From positions 1 through 64,000 of the IMG/VR virus record IMGVR_UViG_3300020045_015898: DNA of 64,000 bases; one strand, given 5' to 3'. The notes beneath the pieces were generated by a model. The model saw nothing but the letters and a program-made list of their open reading frames with translations, had not been told where the DNA came from and did not search any database. This stretch comes from a virus (Duplodnaviria; Heunggongvirae; Uroviricota; Caudoviricetes; Crassvirales). The position numbers were made by a program, and so were the translations under genes. Shown here one piece after another: positions 19,739 through 29,327 of this stretch (position 1 is its first letter; every line of letters begins with the position of its first letter).

Positions 19739-19809
19739 AGCTTTTACGAGGACTCGAACCCCGGTAGCCTGAGTACAAATCAGGAATAATACCATTATAT
19801 TATAAAAGC
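19739..19809 (-). tRNA. tRNA-Thr (anticodon TGT)
   Basis: acceptor GCTTTTA/TAAAAGC, anticodon loop TTTGTAC, GGGGTTCGAGTCC T-arm. Confidence 0.55.
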
Positions 19810-19818
19810 AATTTATTG

Positions 19819-19894
19819 TACTCCCCATGGAACTCGAATCCATATTACCCACCGTGAAAGGGTGGTGTCCTATTCCAAATTAGACGAGAGGAGC
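19819..19894 (-). tRNA. tRNA-Glu (anticodon TTC)
   Basis: acceptor GCTCCTC/GGGGAGT (two G-U), anticodon stem CCACC/GGTGG loop CTTTCAC, T-arm ATGGA-TTCGAGT-TCCAT. Confidence 0.5.
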
Positions 19895-19910
19895 ATTTAA
19901 AATAATTTTG

Positions 19911-19983
19911 TGGAAACAGAGAGACTTGAACTCCCGACACCCAGGTCTTCAACCTAGTGCTCTACCAACTGAGCTATGTATCC
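19911..19983 (-). tRNA. tRNA-Phe (anticodon GAA)
   Basis: TAGCTCAGTTGGTAGAGC D-arm, anticodon loop TTGAAGA, T-arm GGGAG-TTCAAGT-CTCTC; one acceptor mismatch. Confidence 0.55.
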
Positions 19984-19988
19984 ATTTG

Positions 19989-20064
19989 TACCTAAGGAGA
20001 GACTTGAACTCTCAAGGTTACTGGTTCCTAAGACCAGCGCGTCTACCAATTCCGCCACCTAGGC
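19989..20064 (-). tRNA. tRNA with anticodon TAG (Leu-type anticodon but short variable arm)
   Basis: acceptor GCCTAGG/CTTAGGT, anticodon stem CTGGT/ACCAG loop CTTAGGA, T-arm GAGAG-TTCAAGT-CTCTC; 76 nt. Confidence 0.45.
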
Positions 20065-20136
20065 ATTTGTTTGCTATGGCTGTACGATATTATGCTGTAC
20101 ATTTAACTTCCGCTATACATTCCGGCACCATTTGTT

Positions 20137-20205
20137 GCTCCATCAAGACTCGAACTTGAGATGCCTGCGTCAAAGGCAGTTGTGTTACCACTACACTATA
20201 GAGCT
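20137..20205 (-). tRNA. tRNA-Gln-like (anticodon TTG), short (about 68 nt), imperfect acceptor/T stem
   Basis: TAGTGTAGTGGTAACAC D-arm, loop CTTTGAC (U33, A37), T-arm TCAAG-TTCGAGT-CTTGA. Confidence 0.4.
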
Positions 20206-20210
20206 GATTG

Positions 20211-20293
20211 TGGGAGCAGATGGACTTGAACCACCTATCTATGCGGATTACCAGATTTACAGTCTGGCGCCTAACCAGTTCGGCATTACTCCC
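20211..20293 (-). tRNA. tRNA-Tyr (anticodon GTA), long variable arm
   Basis: acceptor GGGAGTA/TGCTCCC, anticodon stem CCAGA/TCTGG loop CTGTAAA, long variable arm, T-arm GGTGG-TTCAAGT-CCATC; 83 nt. Confidence 0.55.
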
Positions 20294-20301
20294 AATTTAG
20301 T

Positions 20302-20369
20302 TGCGGATGCGAGATTCGAACTCGAATTCAAGGTTATGAGCCTCATGTGTTGCCGTTACACTACACCGC
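20302..20369 (-). tRNA. tRNA-Met/Ile-like (anticodon CAT), acceptor stem only 4 bp paired - possible pseudo-tRNA
   Basis: TAGTGTAACGGCAACAC D-arm, loop CTCATAA, T-arm CGAG-TTCGAAT-CTCG; acceptor GCGGTGT vs CATCCGC pairs poorly. Confidence 0.35.
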
Positions 20370-20732
20370 GATATATTTTATATTATTACTTTAAAGTAAA
20401 GAAGAGGTTCCTGTCCGTTGATTTACACTGACAAGAGTAGGCTCTTTTTATATTATCTTGACTTATCAGGAATCCTTAATCATTGCAGACTAAGTAAAGC
20501 ATTCTAGAATTACATCCAACTAACACCCGTTTTATCTCTCGGAGCACCGCTATCATTGCACATGTTGGTTGACTAGGAATAAGCTACTATAATAACGGGA
20601 CCATTTTCAATTTAATACCGTTGCGTCCAATGCATATTCAATACCTCTTGATGTAATCTCCTTATTGAGACATTGCGACTCGGCAAAGATACAACAAGTT
20701 TTAGTAAAAACAATACGTTATTATAATAAATT

Positions 20733-21026
20733 TTGTATTATCTTTGTTTTAACAAAATAAATACTTATATTATGGAAAAAGAAGATTATGTAGATTTGTT
20801 TAGAATGGAGTTTTTAAAGCTAAACTTCGCGCTAGATAGTTATAAACACGGATGCAAGGCTAATTGGGCGGTAGTGAATTCAAAAGTTCATATTACTTTT
20901 ACTACCGGCAATGATAAAGACTTTTTAAGATACGAATTAAGTCTAGAAGAAGCTAAAAATTTTCTAAACGACTTTAAAAGGAAGTGCATTGATATATGTG
21001 CACACATTAAAAAAGAGGCTATTTAG
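20733..21026 (+). CDS. hypothetical early protein (97 aa; likely true start MEKEDYV at 20772)
   Basis: first plus-strand ORF after strand-switch region. Confidence 0.35.
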   Translation: MYYLCFNKINTYIMEKEDYVDLFRMEFLKLNFALDSYKHGCKANWAVVNSKVHITFTTGNDKDFLRYELSLEEAKNFLNDFKRKCIDICAHIKKEAI

Positions 21027-21189
21027 CCTCTTTTGTTTTAAATATCTAATTGTTTCCTTGGTCCTACTCTAGATTCTTCTAAGTTTTTAGTTAATTCATA
21101 TATTTTAAACTCAGAATTTCTTACATCTAACTCTAATCTTAGTATGATAGATTCTAGCTTTTCAATTCTTATTTTAAGTTCCATTAATT

Positions 21190-21375
21190 CTATTGGTTCC
21201 ATGTTAATTTTTTCTTTTTAAATTTCTCATCACTCTTTAATCTTCCTTTCATTGCTAATTCTTCTGTTTCTTTTAGAGTTAGAGTTATTATTGATTTTAT
21301 ATCTTCAAGACCCATTGTCATTCCGCTCTTTATATAGGAAGCTAAGTCTACTTTCATTAAATCTCTGTCTTCCAT
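21190..21375 (-). CDS. hypothetical protein (61 aa)
   Basis: small minus-strand ORF cluster 21190-22308. Confidence 0.25.
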   Translation of the reverse strand: MEDRDLMKVDLASYIKSGMTMGLEDIKSIITLTLKETEELAMKGRLKSDEKFKKKKLTWNQ

Positions 21376-21578
21376 TTCAATTCTTTTTTAGGTCCTTTTA
21401 AGTTTCTTAACTCGTCTTTAAGTTTTTGTTCTTTAATTTTCTCTCCACTCATGTGGTCTAGTACCTTCATTAGTTCTTTAAATTGTTCTAAAGAAGTTGC
21501 TTCGAACTTGTGAAATGTACTCATTTGTTCGCTTAATCCTGGACCCATACTAAATCCTCCGTCGCTTATTTTACTCAT
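21357..21578 (-). CDS. hypothetical protein (73 aa)
   Basis: ORF. Confidence 0.25.
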   Translation of the reverse strand: MSKISDGGFSMGPGLSEQMSTFHKFEATSLEQFKELMKVLDHMSGEKIKEQKLKDELRNLKGPKKELKWKTEI

Positions 21579-21946
21579 AATGTTAGTTTTATTTTTGGTC
21601 CCTTACTCGCTTCTTCTGTGCCTACCTCCTGTTTACTACTAAAATCCATTATTTCAAACCTAAAAGATTCAGTTGGTGTTTTTGGGTAAGTCTCAATTGT
21701 ATCATTCCATATTTCATGCCATTTTGAATTTACTTTTGGGTCAGAATCAAACAGATCTTGAATGGCTTTTTTTAGTTTCTCTTTGGTAAGACCTGGATAT
21801 ATTACTTTTTTCTTTCTTTTAGGCATTATCTCTGGAATCATATTCATTACGTATGCCTTGCTTTTATCACGTCTCTTCATCGCTATATTATTAGTTTCTT
21901 CTTTGCTTGTTTTACCGGAGGTAGGACTTGATCCTTCAGCACACAA
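21575..21946 (-). CDS. hypothetical basic protein (123 aa)
   Basis: ORF, K/R-rich. Confidence 0.3.
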   Translation of the reverse strand: MCAEGSSPTSGKTSKEETNNIAMKRRDKSKAYVMNMIPEIMPKRKKKVIYPGLTKEKLKKAIQDLFDSDPKVNSKWHEIWNDTIETYPKTPTESFRFEIMDFSSKQEVGTEEASKGPKIKLTL

Positions 21947-22308
21947 TTGATCAATCCCAAAGCTTTTGCAACTTCTTTATTTATATTGCAAACTCCCCTT
22001 TCAATTAAAAACTCTTTAACTAAATTGGCTCTAGCTTGTAAGTCAAGCATTTCAAATGGAACAATAGGTTTAGGAAAAAATGATCCTGAACTTTTACCAA
22101 ATGATTGATTACCAAATTGAGATACGCCTAAAGGCACTTGTTGTGAATTATTTCCTCCAAATGTAGTTGAGTTTACTCCTAACCAAGTAGTTTTGTTAGG
22201 TGTATTTATAACTGAAGATCCTTGTTGGATTCTTCTTGACTTCTTGTCTGTAAGTGTATTGATCTCTTGAGATCCGAATGCTTTTGCAAATTGCTCTTGT
22301 ATAGTCAT
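21883..22308 (-). CDS. hypothetical protein (141 aa)
   Basis: ORF. Confidence 0.3.
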   Translation of the reverse strand: MTIQEQFAKAFGSQEINTLTDKKSRRIQQGSSVINTPNKTTWLGVNSTTFGGNNSQQVPLGVSQFGNQSFGKSSGSFFPKPIVPFEMLDLQARANLVKEFLIERGVCNINKEVAKALGLINCVLKDQVLPPVKQAKKKLII

Positions 22309-22487
22309 GTCTTATATTTTTGCGCAAGATAAGAATTAGTTTTGAGATAGAGATAGTTAGAGTAAAATTTTTTTTTAAAATTTTTGTCATGGACTGGATA
22401 AACCACACTTCACCCCCTACTCTTTTTATGTTTTGGGATATAGGGTACTCTTATATCTATAAACGTCTAATTTAATACTTACTCATT

Positions 22488-22760
22488 ATGGCTTTAGCAT
22501 CATTTCATTCAATTCGCGGAGAAAAAAAAACATCTGCATTGTTATTAGTTAAAAAAAACGCATTATCATTTTCAAGTGACCCTGTATACGTGCCTTTGGC
22601 GGGAGCAGCTCATTTTGCTGGCAAAGCATTAACTGATAAAGATAAAGGATTCTCATTTGAGATACCTGACGGTTACACATTGGAAGATATTGTTGATAGT
22701 GTTACTGGAGAAATCCGTACTGCTAAAGACGGTAGTCCATTAAAACAACTAGTTTACTAG
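22488..22760 (+). CDS. hypothetical protein (90 aa)
   Basis: ORF. Confidence 0.3.
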   Translation: MALASFHSIRGEKKTSALLLVKKNALSFSSDPVYVPLAGAAHFAGKALTDKDKGFSFEIPDGYTLEDIVDSVTGEIRTAKDGSPLKQLVY

Positions 22761-23031
22761 TTGGGCCTTTAAGGCTTGCGCCTAACTTACATCATCAGAT
22801 AACTCTGACATAACCCACACTCATTAACAACTCTCAATCAAATCCCTTGCACCTTCTATGGTAAAAGTCAACGGAGTGATTGAGAGAGATGAGTTAACAT
22901 TAAACCTCAATCATTAGATACAATGAAATACTTTATTACTCAAGATGCTTTAGAGATAGACTCAGAAGAAGCAGCAATCCAAATGGCTAGTTATAGAAAC
23001 TAGTATTCACAAACTCTTAATTCTCAACCAC

Positions 23032-23256
23032 ATGAATTTACCAAACAAAAGATTATTAGCGCATAATATATTCGCAATGATTAAACTTGCAGCATTAATA
23101 TTCCTAGCATTAATAGGATTTATATTAATGGTATCAGAACCAATTGATACAAACGAATCTATATACACTCTTCTACTGTCTAAGATAGTTGGAGTTGGTG
23201 CTTTATATATTTCATATCACATATTTAATGGTTCATTGAATAAACTTAATGAATAG
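23032..23256 (+). CDS. small membrane protein (74 aa, 2 TM)
   Basis: hydrophobic segments IKLAALIFLALIGFILMV and IVGVGALYISY. Confidence 0.3.
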   Translation: MNLPNKRLLAHNIFAMIKLAALIFLALIGFILMVSEPIDTNESIYTLLLSKIVGVGALYISYHIFNGSLNKLNE

Positions 23257-23584
23257 AACTACAATCAAAGGTGTTCAGGCCTTAATTTAAGTTCAGGTAT
23301 ATCCTGATAAATCTTATGATAAGAATGCGCGAGCATGTCTGATTGTTTTAAAGACCTAATGCAGTTAAAATACTGCATATCAACACAATTCGTGGTTGAA
23401 TTAGATTAGTACACATCATTTAAGAACTCCCAGTCGACAAGTTAATAACTCTCTGCTGTTTTATTATTAAATGATGTTGTATTGATTAAAGTAAGTTATT
23501 GTTATGCTTTGCATAGACCCAAACCCACCTTTAATCACAATTCTCACCACTTAAAATTAACCTCACATTAATAACATCGCTATT

Positions 23585-23965
23585 ATGAATGCATTTCAAA
23601 TATTAGACAAAGATAATAATCCAATTAGTATTGGAGAACTTGACAGACAAGTTTGTGAACTTACAGGTAATGAAATTGATAAAAAACATTACTGTAGATT
23701 AGGAAACATTAAAGACCATAAATCAGAAATGAAATATGTATTTAACACATCTAATTGGTATGACACAATAGGTTGGATGATAGCTTCTGAAAATAAATCT
23801 TTCCAAGACATACTTGATTACTATGCAGATGTAATGAAAGAGTATATTGGAAAAGTAAATGAAGACGGAACAATCATTACTCTTGAATATATATATCCTT
23901 ATCACACATTAGTTTTAAATACTTGGATAAACAAAGGATATAAAGCAAAACAAGTAATTAACTAA
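23585..23965 (+). CDS. hypothetical protein (126 aa)
   Basis: ORF. Confidence 0.35.
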   Translation: MNAFQILDKDNNPISIGELDRQVCELTGNEIDKKHYCRLGNIKDHKSEMKYVFNTSNWYDTIGWMIASENKSFQDILDYYADVMKEYIGKVNEDGTIITLEYIYPYHTLVLNTWINKGYKAKQVIN

Positions 23966-24578
23966 CAATATTAGTCTTCCCGACTATAAGAGACAAAGGA
24001 TGTAATACCTATTTTTAGGTTCTTGTTTTGAAGCATTACATCCTGGACTCTCTTCGTAATTAAACAATCGCGTTGTATTATCTGCAGAATAATATAAATC
24101 AAGCTTAGTCATAATCCATGATGACAAAAGTGGAGATATACACCATGGGTTCTTCAGTGTGGAACGAAACACTCAGTCCGGGTAGACCATTGCTGGACAA
24201 AACGAGCACTCACTTGTATTGATGTTGACTTGGAAGTTTCAATATGAAATTCACATGGTGTTGGAAATACACTAAATCATAAGCACGTAGAGAATATTGC
24301 TTATGGTTACTAACAACTTGATTTGACATCGTTCAATGAAAAGTAATGCTTGTAAAGTCAAGTGAATTAAGGTAAATTACAACATCCCTTAAAAAAACAA
24401 ATGAATCAACGTAGAGGATTAGATGTTGATCAATCTATAATATCCTTGCATGAAACAGGTTCATTAGATCTTAGTGTTGTTGAGTTCGCGAAGCAGTACT
24501 GTGATTTATAAAATTTGGCTCGATGTGAAATACATCGAGCCATTATTAAAACAAATCTAAATAAATCAAGAAGTAAAA

Positions 24579-24779
24579 ATGAAAGAAAGCACAAAATTAC
24601 TAGTAATTGTAATAATGTCTCTTATATGGGCATTAGCAACATTGTTCGCAACTGCAAACAATTCATTAAAAACAGAAGATCCAATAGAACTATATATGGT
24701 ATTAGCTCCATTCTTAGCATTCTTTGGCTCATTATTAATCTATCACTCTAAATACAAGAGTGAACAAATTAAAGAGTAA
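24579..24779 (+). CDS. small membrane protein (66 aa)
   Basis: two hydrophobic helices. Confidence 0.3.
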   Translation: MKESTKLLVIVIMSLIWALATLFATANNSLKTEDPIELYMVLAPFLAFFGSLLIYHSKYKSEQIKE

Positions 24780-24970
24780 TGAAAAAAATAACAGGAATAT
24801 TATCAATAATCTTATTTATAATAGTAGCAATAAGCATAATAATTGTATCTTCAATTGCAATATGGATTGAAGTAGATCCATTGATACTTGAAAAAATACA
24901 ATCAACAATATTATTGTTAGCAATAATAATGATACTTTCTTTTGTTCTTAATCAAAGTGTAGAAGAATAA
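24779..24970 (+). CDS. small membrane protein (63 aa)
   Basis: two hydrophobic helices; start overlaps previous stop. Confidence 0.3.
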   Translation: MKKITGILSIILFIIVAISIIIVSSIAIWIEVDPLILEKIQSTILLLAIIMILSFVLNQSVEE

Positions 24971-25476
24971 TGCAATCTATTGGAGAAATAATAATAGACA
25001 AATGGTATAGCGGAGCCGGACAAAAAGGAGACCTGATTGTAAAAGTAACCAAAGCAAATAATAAACTTTTATTACTTTTTGAGTACATTATGAGAGGAGA
25101 ATATAAAAAACTCTCCTCTGAAGGAAGTATAACTTATAAAATTGAAAATCTTCAATTATGTAGTCAACGTTATCTTGATGAGCATTTGCCAGTTGGACAC
25201 GAAGATCAATTTCAAGAAATAAAAAACGAACATTCAATTAATAACACTAATAAACAAGAAAATGGCGAAAGCAAAAACAACAGCAGTGAAGTACTCAGTA
25301 CTAATAGCAATGGATCAAAACCAAAAGGACGCGGAAAAGTTGCAATATCAAGTAGAAGACAATCAGTCTCAACTGGATGCAGACCTAAAGGAAACGAAAC
25401 GATCGCTAATTACTGCAGAACGCAAATTAGTTCAGTTAAAATCACAAGAACAATTGTCGTCTCAGGACATAATTAA
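24970..25476 (+). CDS. hypothetical protein; C-terminal half low-complexity and overlapped by +1-frame ORF 25262-25549
   Basis: ORF; see finding on frame overlap. Confidence 0.3.
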   Translation: MQSIGEIIIDKWYSGAGQKGDLIVKVTKANNKLLLLFEYIMRGEYKKLSSEGSITYKIENLQLCSQRYLDEHLPVGHEDQFQEIKNEHSINNTNKQENGESKNNSSEVLSTNSNGSKPKGRGKVAISSRRQSVSTGCRPKGNETIANYCRTQISSVKITRTIVVSGHN

Positions 25477-25549
25477 ACAAATGGATTTAATTGAAGGCCT
25501 TGAAAAAGGAATAGAAAAATTAGAAGCTCTTATTAAAGAGTTGTTCTAA
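25262..25549 (+). CDS. hypothetical coiled-coil protein (95 aa) in +1 frame relative to 24970 ORF
   Basis: ORF with heptad-like E/K/L pattern. Confidence 0.3.
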   Translation: MAKAKTTAVKYSVLIAMDQNQKDAEKLQYQVEDNQSQLDADLKETKRSLITAERKLVQLKSQEQLSSQDIIKQMDLIEGLEKGIEKLEALIKELF

Positions 25550-25634
25550 AAATAAAGCTTAATAATTACAAGGCTCAAATGAAGGCATTTGTAAGTTTGT
25601 TATTCAAGAGGATGACAAGTAATTATTAAGCAAT

Positions 25635-25705
25635 GTCCTTATAGCTCAGCGGTAGAGCACTCCGCTCATAACGGATAGGTCGGCAGTTCAAATCTGTCTA
25701 AGGAC
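25635..25705 (+). tRNA. tRNA-Met (anticodon CAT)
   Basis: acceptor GTCCTTA/TAAGGAC, TAGCTCAGCGGTAGAGC D-arm, loop GCTCATAAC, T-arm GGCAG-TTCAAAT-CTGTC. Confidence 0.6.
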
Positions 25706-25712
25706 ACAACAA

Positions 25713-25784
25713 GTTGGAATAGCTCAATTGGATAGAGCGCTTGCTTTTGGAGCGAGAGACTACAGTTCGAACCTGTAACCAGCA
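25713..25784 (+). tRNA. tRNA, anticodon read as TTG (Gln) with G37; acceptor has two unpaired base positions
   Basis: TAGCTCAATTGGATAGAGC D-arm, stem CTTGC/GCGAG loop TTTTGGA, T-arm TACAG-TTCGAAC-CTGTA. Confidence 0.45.
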
Positions 25785-25903
25785 CAACAATCAGCGTGCA
25801 ACTGCAATACAAGGAAAATCTAAGTAGCCTTGCGTATGATTTAAACTGAGACATTCTGACACTTTGAGTGTCTTAGTTTTATAGTATAACTAAATTAATA
25901 TAT

Positions 25904-26161
25904 ATGAGTAATCTAACAAGATTGACAAATAACGCGTATAAAATTAGAAAGCTTATGCTTGATCAAGGATTAGACGCGGTTGGCAAAGGGAAAAAACCTA
26001 ATGAAATATTAGTATCATTTCTTAAAGAACACAAAATACATTATGTAAAATGGAATCCAAGATATAAAGGATTGTTTACAGCTGAATTAAGTAATGCATG
26101 CAAAGTTAATGATAACATAGAATTATTTAGAGTATGGATTAAAAAAAACAAAAAAGTATAA
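25904..26161 (+). CDS. hypothetical protein (85 aa)
   Basis: ORF. Confidence 0.3.
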   Translation: MSNLTRLTNNAYKIRKLMLDQGLDAVGKGKKPNEILVSFLKEHKIHYVKWNPRYKGLFTAELSNACKVNDNIELFRVWIKKNKKV

Positions 26162-26265
26162 ATAAATAAAAATCAATTAACCATGAAAAAAGCAATTAAA
26201 AGATTCTTTAGTAGAATCTACAAAGAGCTTCAAGAATTAGGAGCAAATGCAGGATATGCAATGAG

Positions 26266-26673
26266 ATGTTAAATACAATTCATTATCCAGGCACATTATC
26301 AGAAGCTTTGGCATTTATGTCAGAACTATCTGGGCTTAGCCAATATTACAATGAAGTCTATGACACAGTAGATGAATTATACTACATGTCTTCAAGTAAA
26401 GTGAAGCCAAAAAAGACACTGAACTTCAAAACATACACAATAAAAGTGTTTGATAAAGAAGGAAAACAACATCAATTCTATTTTGACAACAAAAGATTCG
26501 ACGAACATGGAATCATTGCAGATAGATTTGAAGTAAGAAAAATTAGATCATTAGCAGACTACAACATTGATTATCACTTTGTAAAAAGAATTAAAATTTT
26601 CGAAGGAAATGGATGGTACAGTTGGGGTGGTATTTATAAAATAAAAGGACAAGAGTTCTACTTTGAAATGTAA
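26266..26673 (+). CDS. hypothetical protein (135 aa)
   Basis: ORF. Confidence 0.35.
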   Translation: MLNTIHYPGTLSEALAFMSELSGLSQYYNEVYDTVDELYYMSSSKVKPKKTLNFKTYTIKVFDKEGKQHQFYFDNKRFDEHGIIADRFEVRKIRSLADYNIDYHFVKRIKIFEGNGWYSWGGIYKIKGQEFYFEM

Positions 26674-26902
26674 AATGGCAAAAATAACTAAATTAAGATA
26701 TGACGCATTTAATGGTGTTCATCCAAACGGAATTAATCAAGGATTTCAAATTGAATTAGATATTCAAATAGAAAAACCAATAGTTGGAGAGTCTTATCGT
26801 TTTGGTAGACTAACAACATCGTATGTTACTGAAATACTTGAAGATAGTAATGATCAAGTAACATTCAAAACAAAAAATTCAACTTACGTAGTAGAGTCGT
26901 AA
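26663..26902 (+). CDS. hypothetical protein (79 aa)
   Basis: ORF. Confidence 0.3.
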   Translation: MKCKMAKITKLRYDAFNGVHPNGINQGFQIELDIQIEKPIVGESYRFGRLTTSYVTEILEDSNDQVTFKTKNSTYVVES

Positions 26903-27117
26903 TGAATACTTTATTATTTGTTATAGGAATATTAATGTTAGTTTTTATAATAATATTAGTGTTATTATTGCTAACTAGAGAAAAAGTCTTGATTAAAACT
27001 CAAGACTTTACTGAACCTTACTCTAAACAAGAGGATGAATTGCTTTTTATGGAAGCTCAGTACGCAAAAGAAGCAGCAGATTATTATACTAACCCTGAAA
27101 AATTTCAAAAATGTTAA
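26902..27117 (+). CDS. small membrane protein (71 aa)
   Basis: N-terminal TM helix LLFVIGILMLVFIIILVLLLL. Confidence 0.3.
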   Translation: MNTLLFVIGILMLVFIIILVLLLLTREKVLIKTQDFTEPYSKQEDELLFMEAQYAKEAADYYTNPEKFQKC

Positions 27118-27244
27118 TAGTAGAACAAAGAAAACATATTTCTATTCTTGTTAGACAAGAAGGATTTGAAGAATGGATGAAAAAAATCAAAAACAAATTC
27201 ATTCATAGTCATGCTATGAAAGAAGCTATTAAAAGAGTTCAATA

Positions 27245-28072
27245 ATGTTACTTGATCCAGAATTAATAGAAATACAGCGTAAAACAGGATACAAATGCAA
27301 TATACCAAGAGATTTTTCTGAAATTCATTTCTTAGAAGTTATAAAACCTCTTGTATGGAGTGGTAATGTAGGAATAATAGATCCAAATAAGATTCCAGTA
27401 GGTTCATTAACTTGGTCTTACTCTTTTTCTGGATCAACAGTACATCCTGAAGATAATAAACTTGGAGCTAATGTTAAATCAACTTGCTTTAGACTTATCA
27501 AAAGTGTAAACGCAATCAGTGATTTTGAACAAAAAATCACTGAAGATAAAGGATCGTTTAAATTTGCAAAATACAGATTTAAAACTAGAGAAGAGTTTAT
27601 TAGTGATAGAAAGTGGCTTGAAAGAGAAGGATTGCACGTTGATGGAACTCCATTACATTGGAGTTCGTTTGGAGAAATGAATCATTATTTAGGCAAAAAA
27701 GTATCTCTAGAAGGACAAGAAGCTATTGAAAATTATTTAGAAGAAAAAAGTTCTAGAATATCATTTGATGGATGGTCATTTAAAGAATGGAATTTCATAG
27801 AAGCAAATGTTATTCCACCACCTGCTACTTCTCCTGTTAAAGGAAAAATTCAATATGGAATGCAAGCTCCGGAAGAAATTGGAGATAAACTTACAGTAAA
27901 TCAAGAATCTGGAGTATTGTTAGATAAAGTAATTGATGATTGGGAAAGTGTAGCTAAAAAACCTTCGCTTTCTCCTACCTCACAAGAAACTAAATCAATT
28001 GAATATCCTAAGCCAGAAAAAGCATTAGATGATGATTTTGTCATCGAATCAACAATTAATATAACAATTTAA
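27245..28072 (+). CDS. hypothetical protein (275 aa)
   Basis: ORF. Confidence 0.4.
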   Translation: MLLDPELIEIQRKTGYKCNIPRDFSEIHFLEVIKPLVWSGNVGIIDPNKIPVGSLTWSYSFSGSTVHPEDNKLGANVKSTCFRLIKSVNAISDFEQKITEDKGSFKFAKYRFKTREEFISDRKWLEREGLHVDGTPLHWSSFGEMNHYLGKKVSLEGQEAIENYLEEKSSRISFDGWSFKEWNFIEANVIPPPATSPVKGKIQYGMQAPEEIGDKLTVNQESGVLLDKVIDDWESVAKKPSLSPTSQETKSIEYPKPEKALDDDFVIESTINITI

Positions 28073-28308
28073 TTCTAAAATGAAAAAACCAAAATTAATA
28101 GGAGGATATCAAAATACAAAATTAAACAAAGAAGATTTTGCTATAACTCCTTATTTATTTGGAGTTTAGGTAAATTTAGTGTTAATAAGTATTAAAGGAA
28201 TAGGCATTTGTTGGGGACATCATTCTGTCTACATAGGAATTGGATTTGGAATTCCAGATAATTATCCAAGATTTAAAAACTTAAAAATTAAAAACAAAAA
28301 CAAAAAAG

Positions 28309-28671
28309 ATGAAAACATCAGAGATTAAAGAAAATGCATCATTATTTATTCAATTAGTGATAGCAGCAGTGAAAGGCGATGACGCAGCAGCAGTAGGAAT
28401 TAAAATTCAAAAGACTGCAATAGCTCAAATTCGTGCTCAAGTAGCTGCAAAGAATGCGCATACATTAACACTTGAAGATAATCTTGAAGTAGCCAAAGAA
28501 GCTTTAGCGAGTGCTCGTATCAACAACGGAGTATTAATCACCGATAGTGTTGAATACATTAGAACGCTTCTTGTAGCAAACAGAAAGATCTCACAAGCTG
28601 AAGATGAGATTAAAAGTCATCAGGAAGAAATTGAATTCTTAACAGAACAATTGGCACTGATTTCTAAATAA
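28309..28671 (+). CDS. hypothetical helical protein (120 aa)
   Basis: ORF, Ala/Glu-rich. Confidence 0.35.
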   Translation: MKTSEIKENASLFIQLVIAAVKGDDAAAVGIKIQKTAIAQIRAQVAAKNAHTLTLEDNLEVAKEALASARINNGVLITDSVEYIRTLLVANRKISQAEDEIKSHQEEIEFLTEQLALISK

Positions 28672-29327
28672 TATTTTCCTTCTAGTCGCAACCTAGAAAC
28701 AACAACAAAAATTAATTCCCATAAATGTTAGTGGTTTTTCAATATGGGAAAGAACACTAAGTCAATAGGATAAAAATTATCCTTTTTTTAATGAGATTTA
28801 ATTAGGTTTTATGTTTTTTGTGGAACCTATTGACAAAGTAAAAATGATTTTAAAAACGGCTAAACATTGATCCTTTACTGAGACGATGGACTTTTATCAG
28901 CTTGAAGGGAAACCTAATAGTGTAGAGATTTCTTGATCTAAGTCAGTAAGAAGATACTAAACTTGAATTAACAAGATATTAAACATGTATGAAAAAATTA
29001 TACAGAAATCTTTTTATATAATGTATGTAGGAACTAGGGACTGTAGTACTAGTGGAAGACCTATAATGGAGTAATCCTAGATGTGTTGTTCCCTTGAGAA
29101 AGGAATTCGTAGCTATCAATCAGTGTAGACAACACAAATGAGTTCTCAGCAAGTACACGCATAGAGAGTGAAGCCTGATAATCACAAGGTGAGTGGACAG
29201 GCAACCGTCAAAACTCCGATCCGTACTCTATGTTTTTACGCGACCCAATTGCTTATGTTAAACTATCCTCTAACAGGGAACCATGTAAAACATGAGTGTA
29301 GGGTGCTAAAACTTTAATTTTAAAACA

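Noticed and set aside
20065-20136. 72-nt gap inside the tRNA array as another tRNA
   Set aside because: No TCGAAC/GTTCGA T-loop signature and no acceptor pairing.
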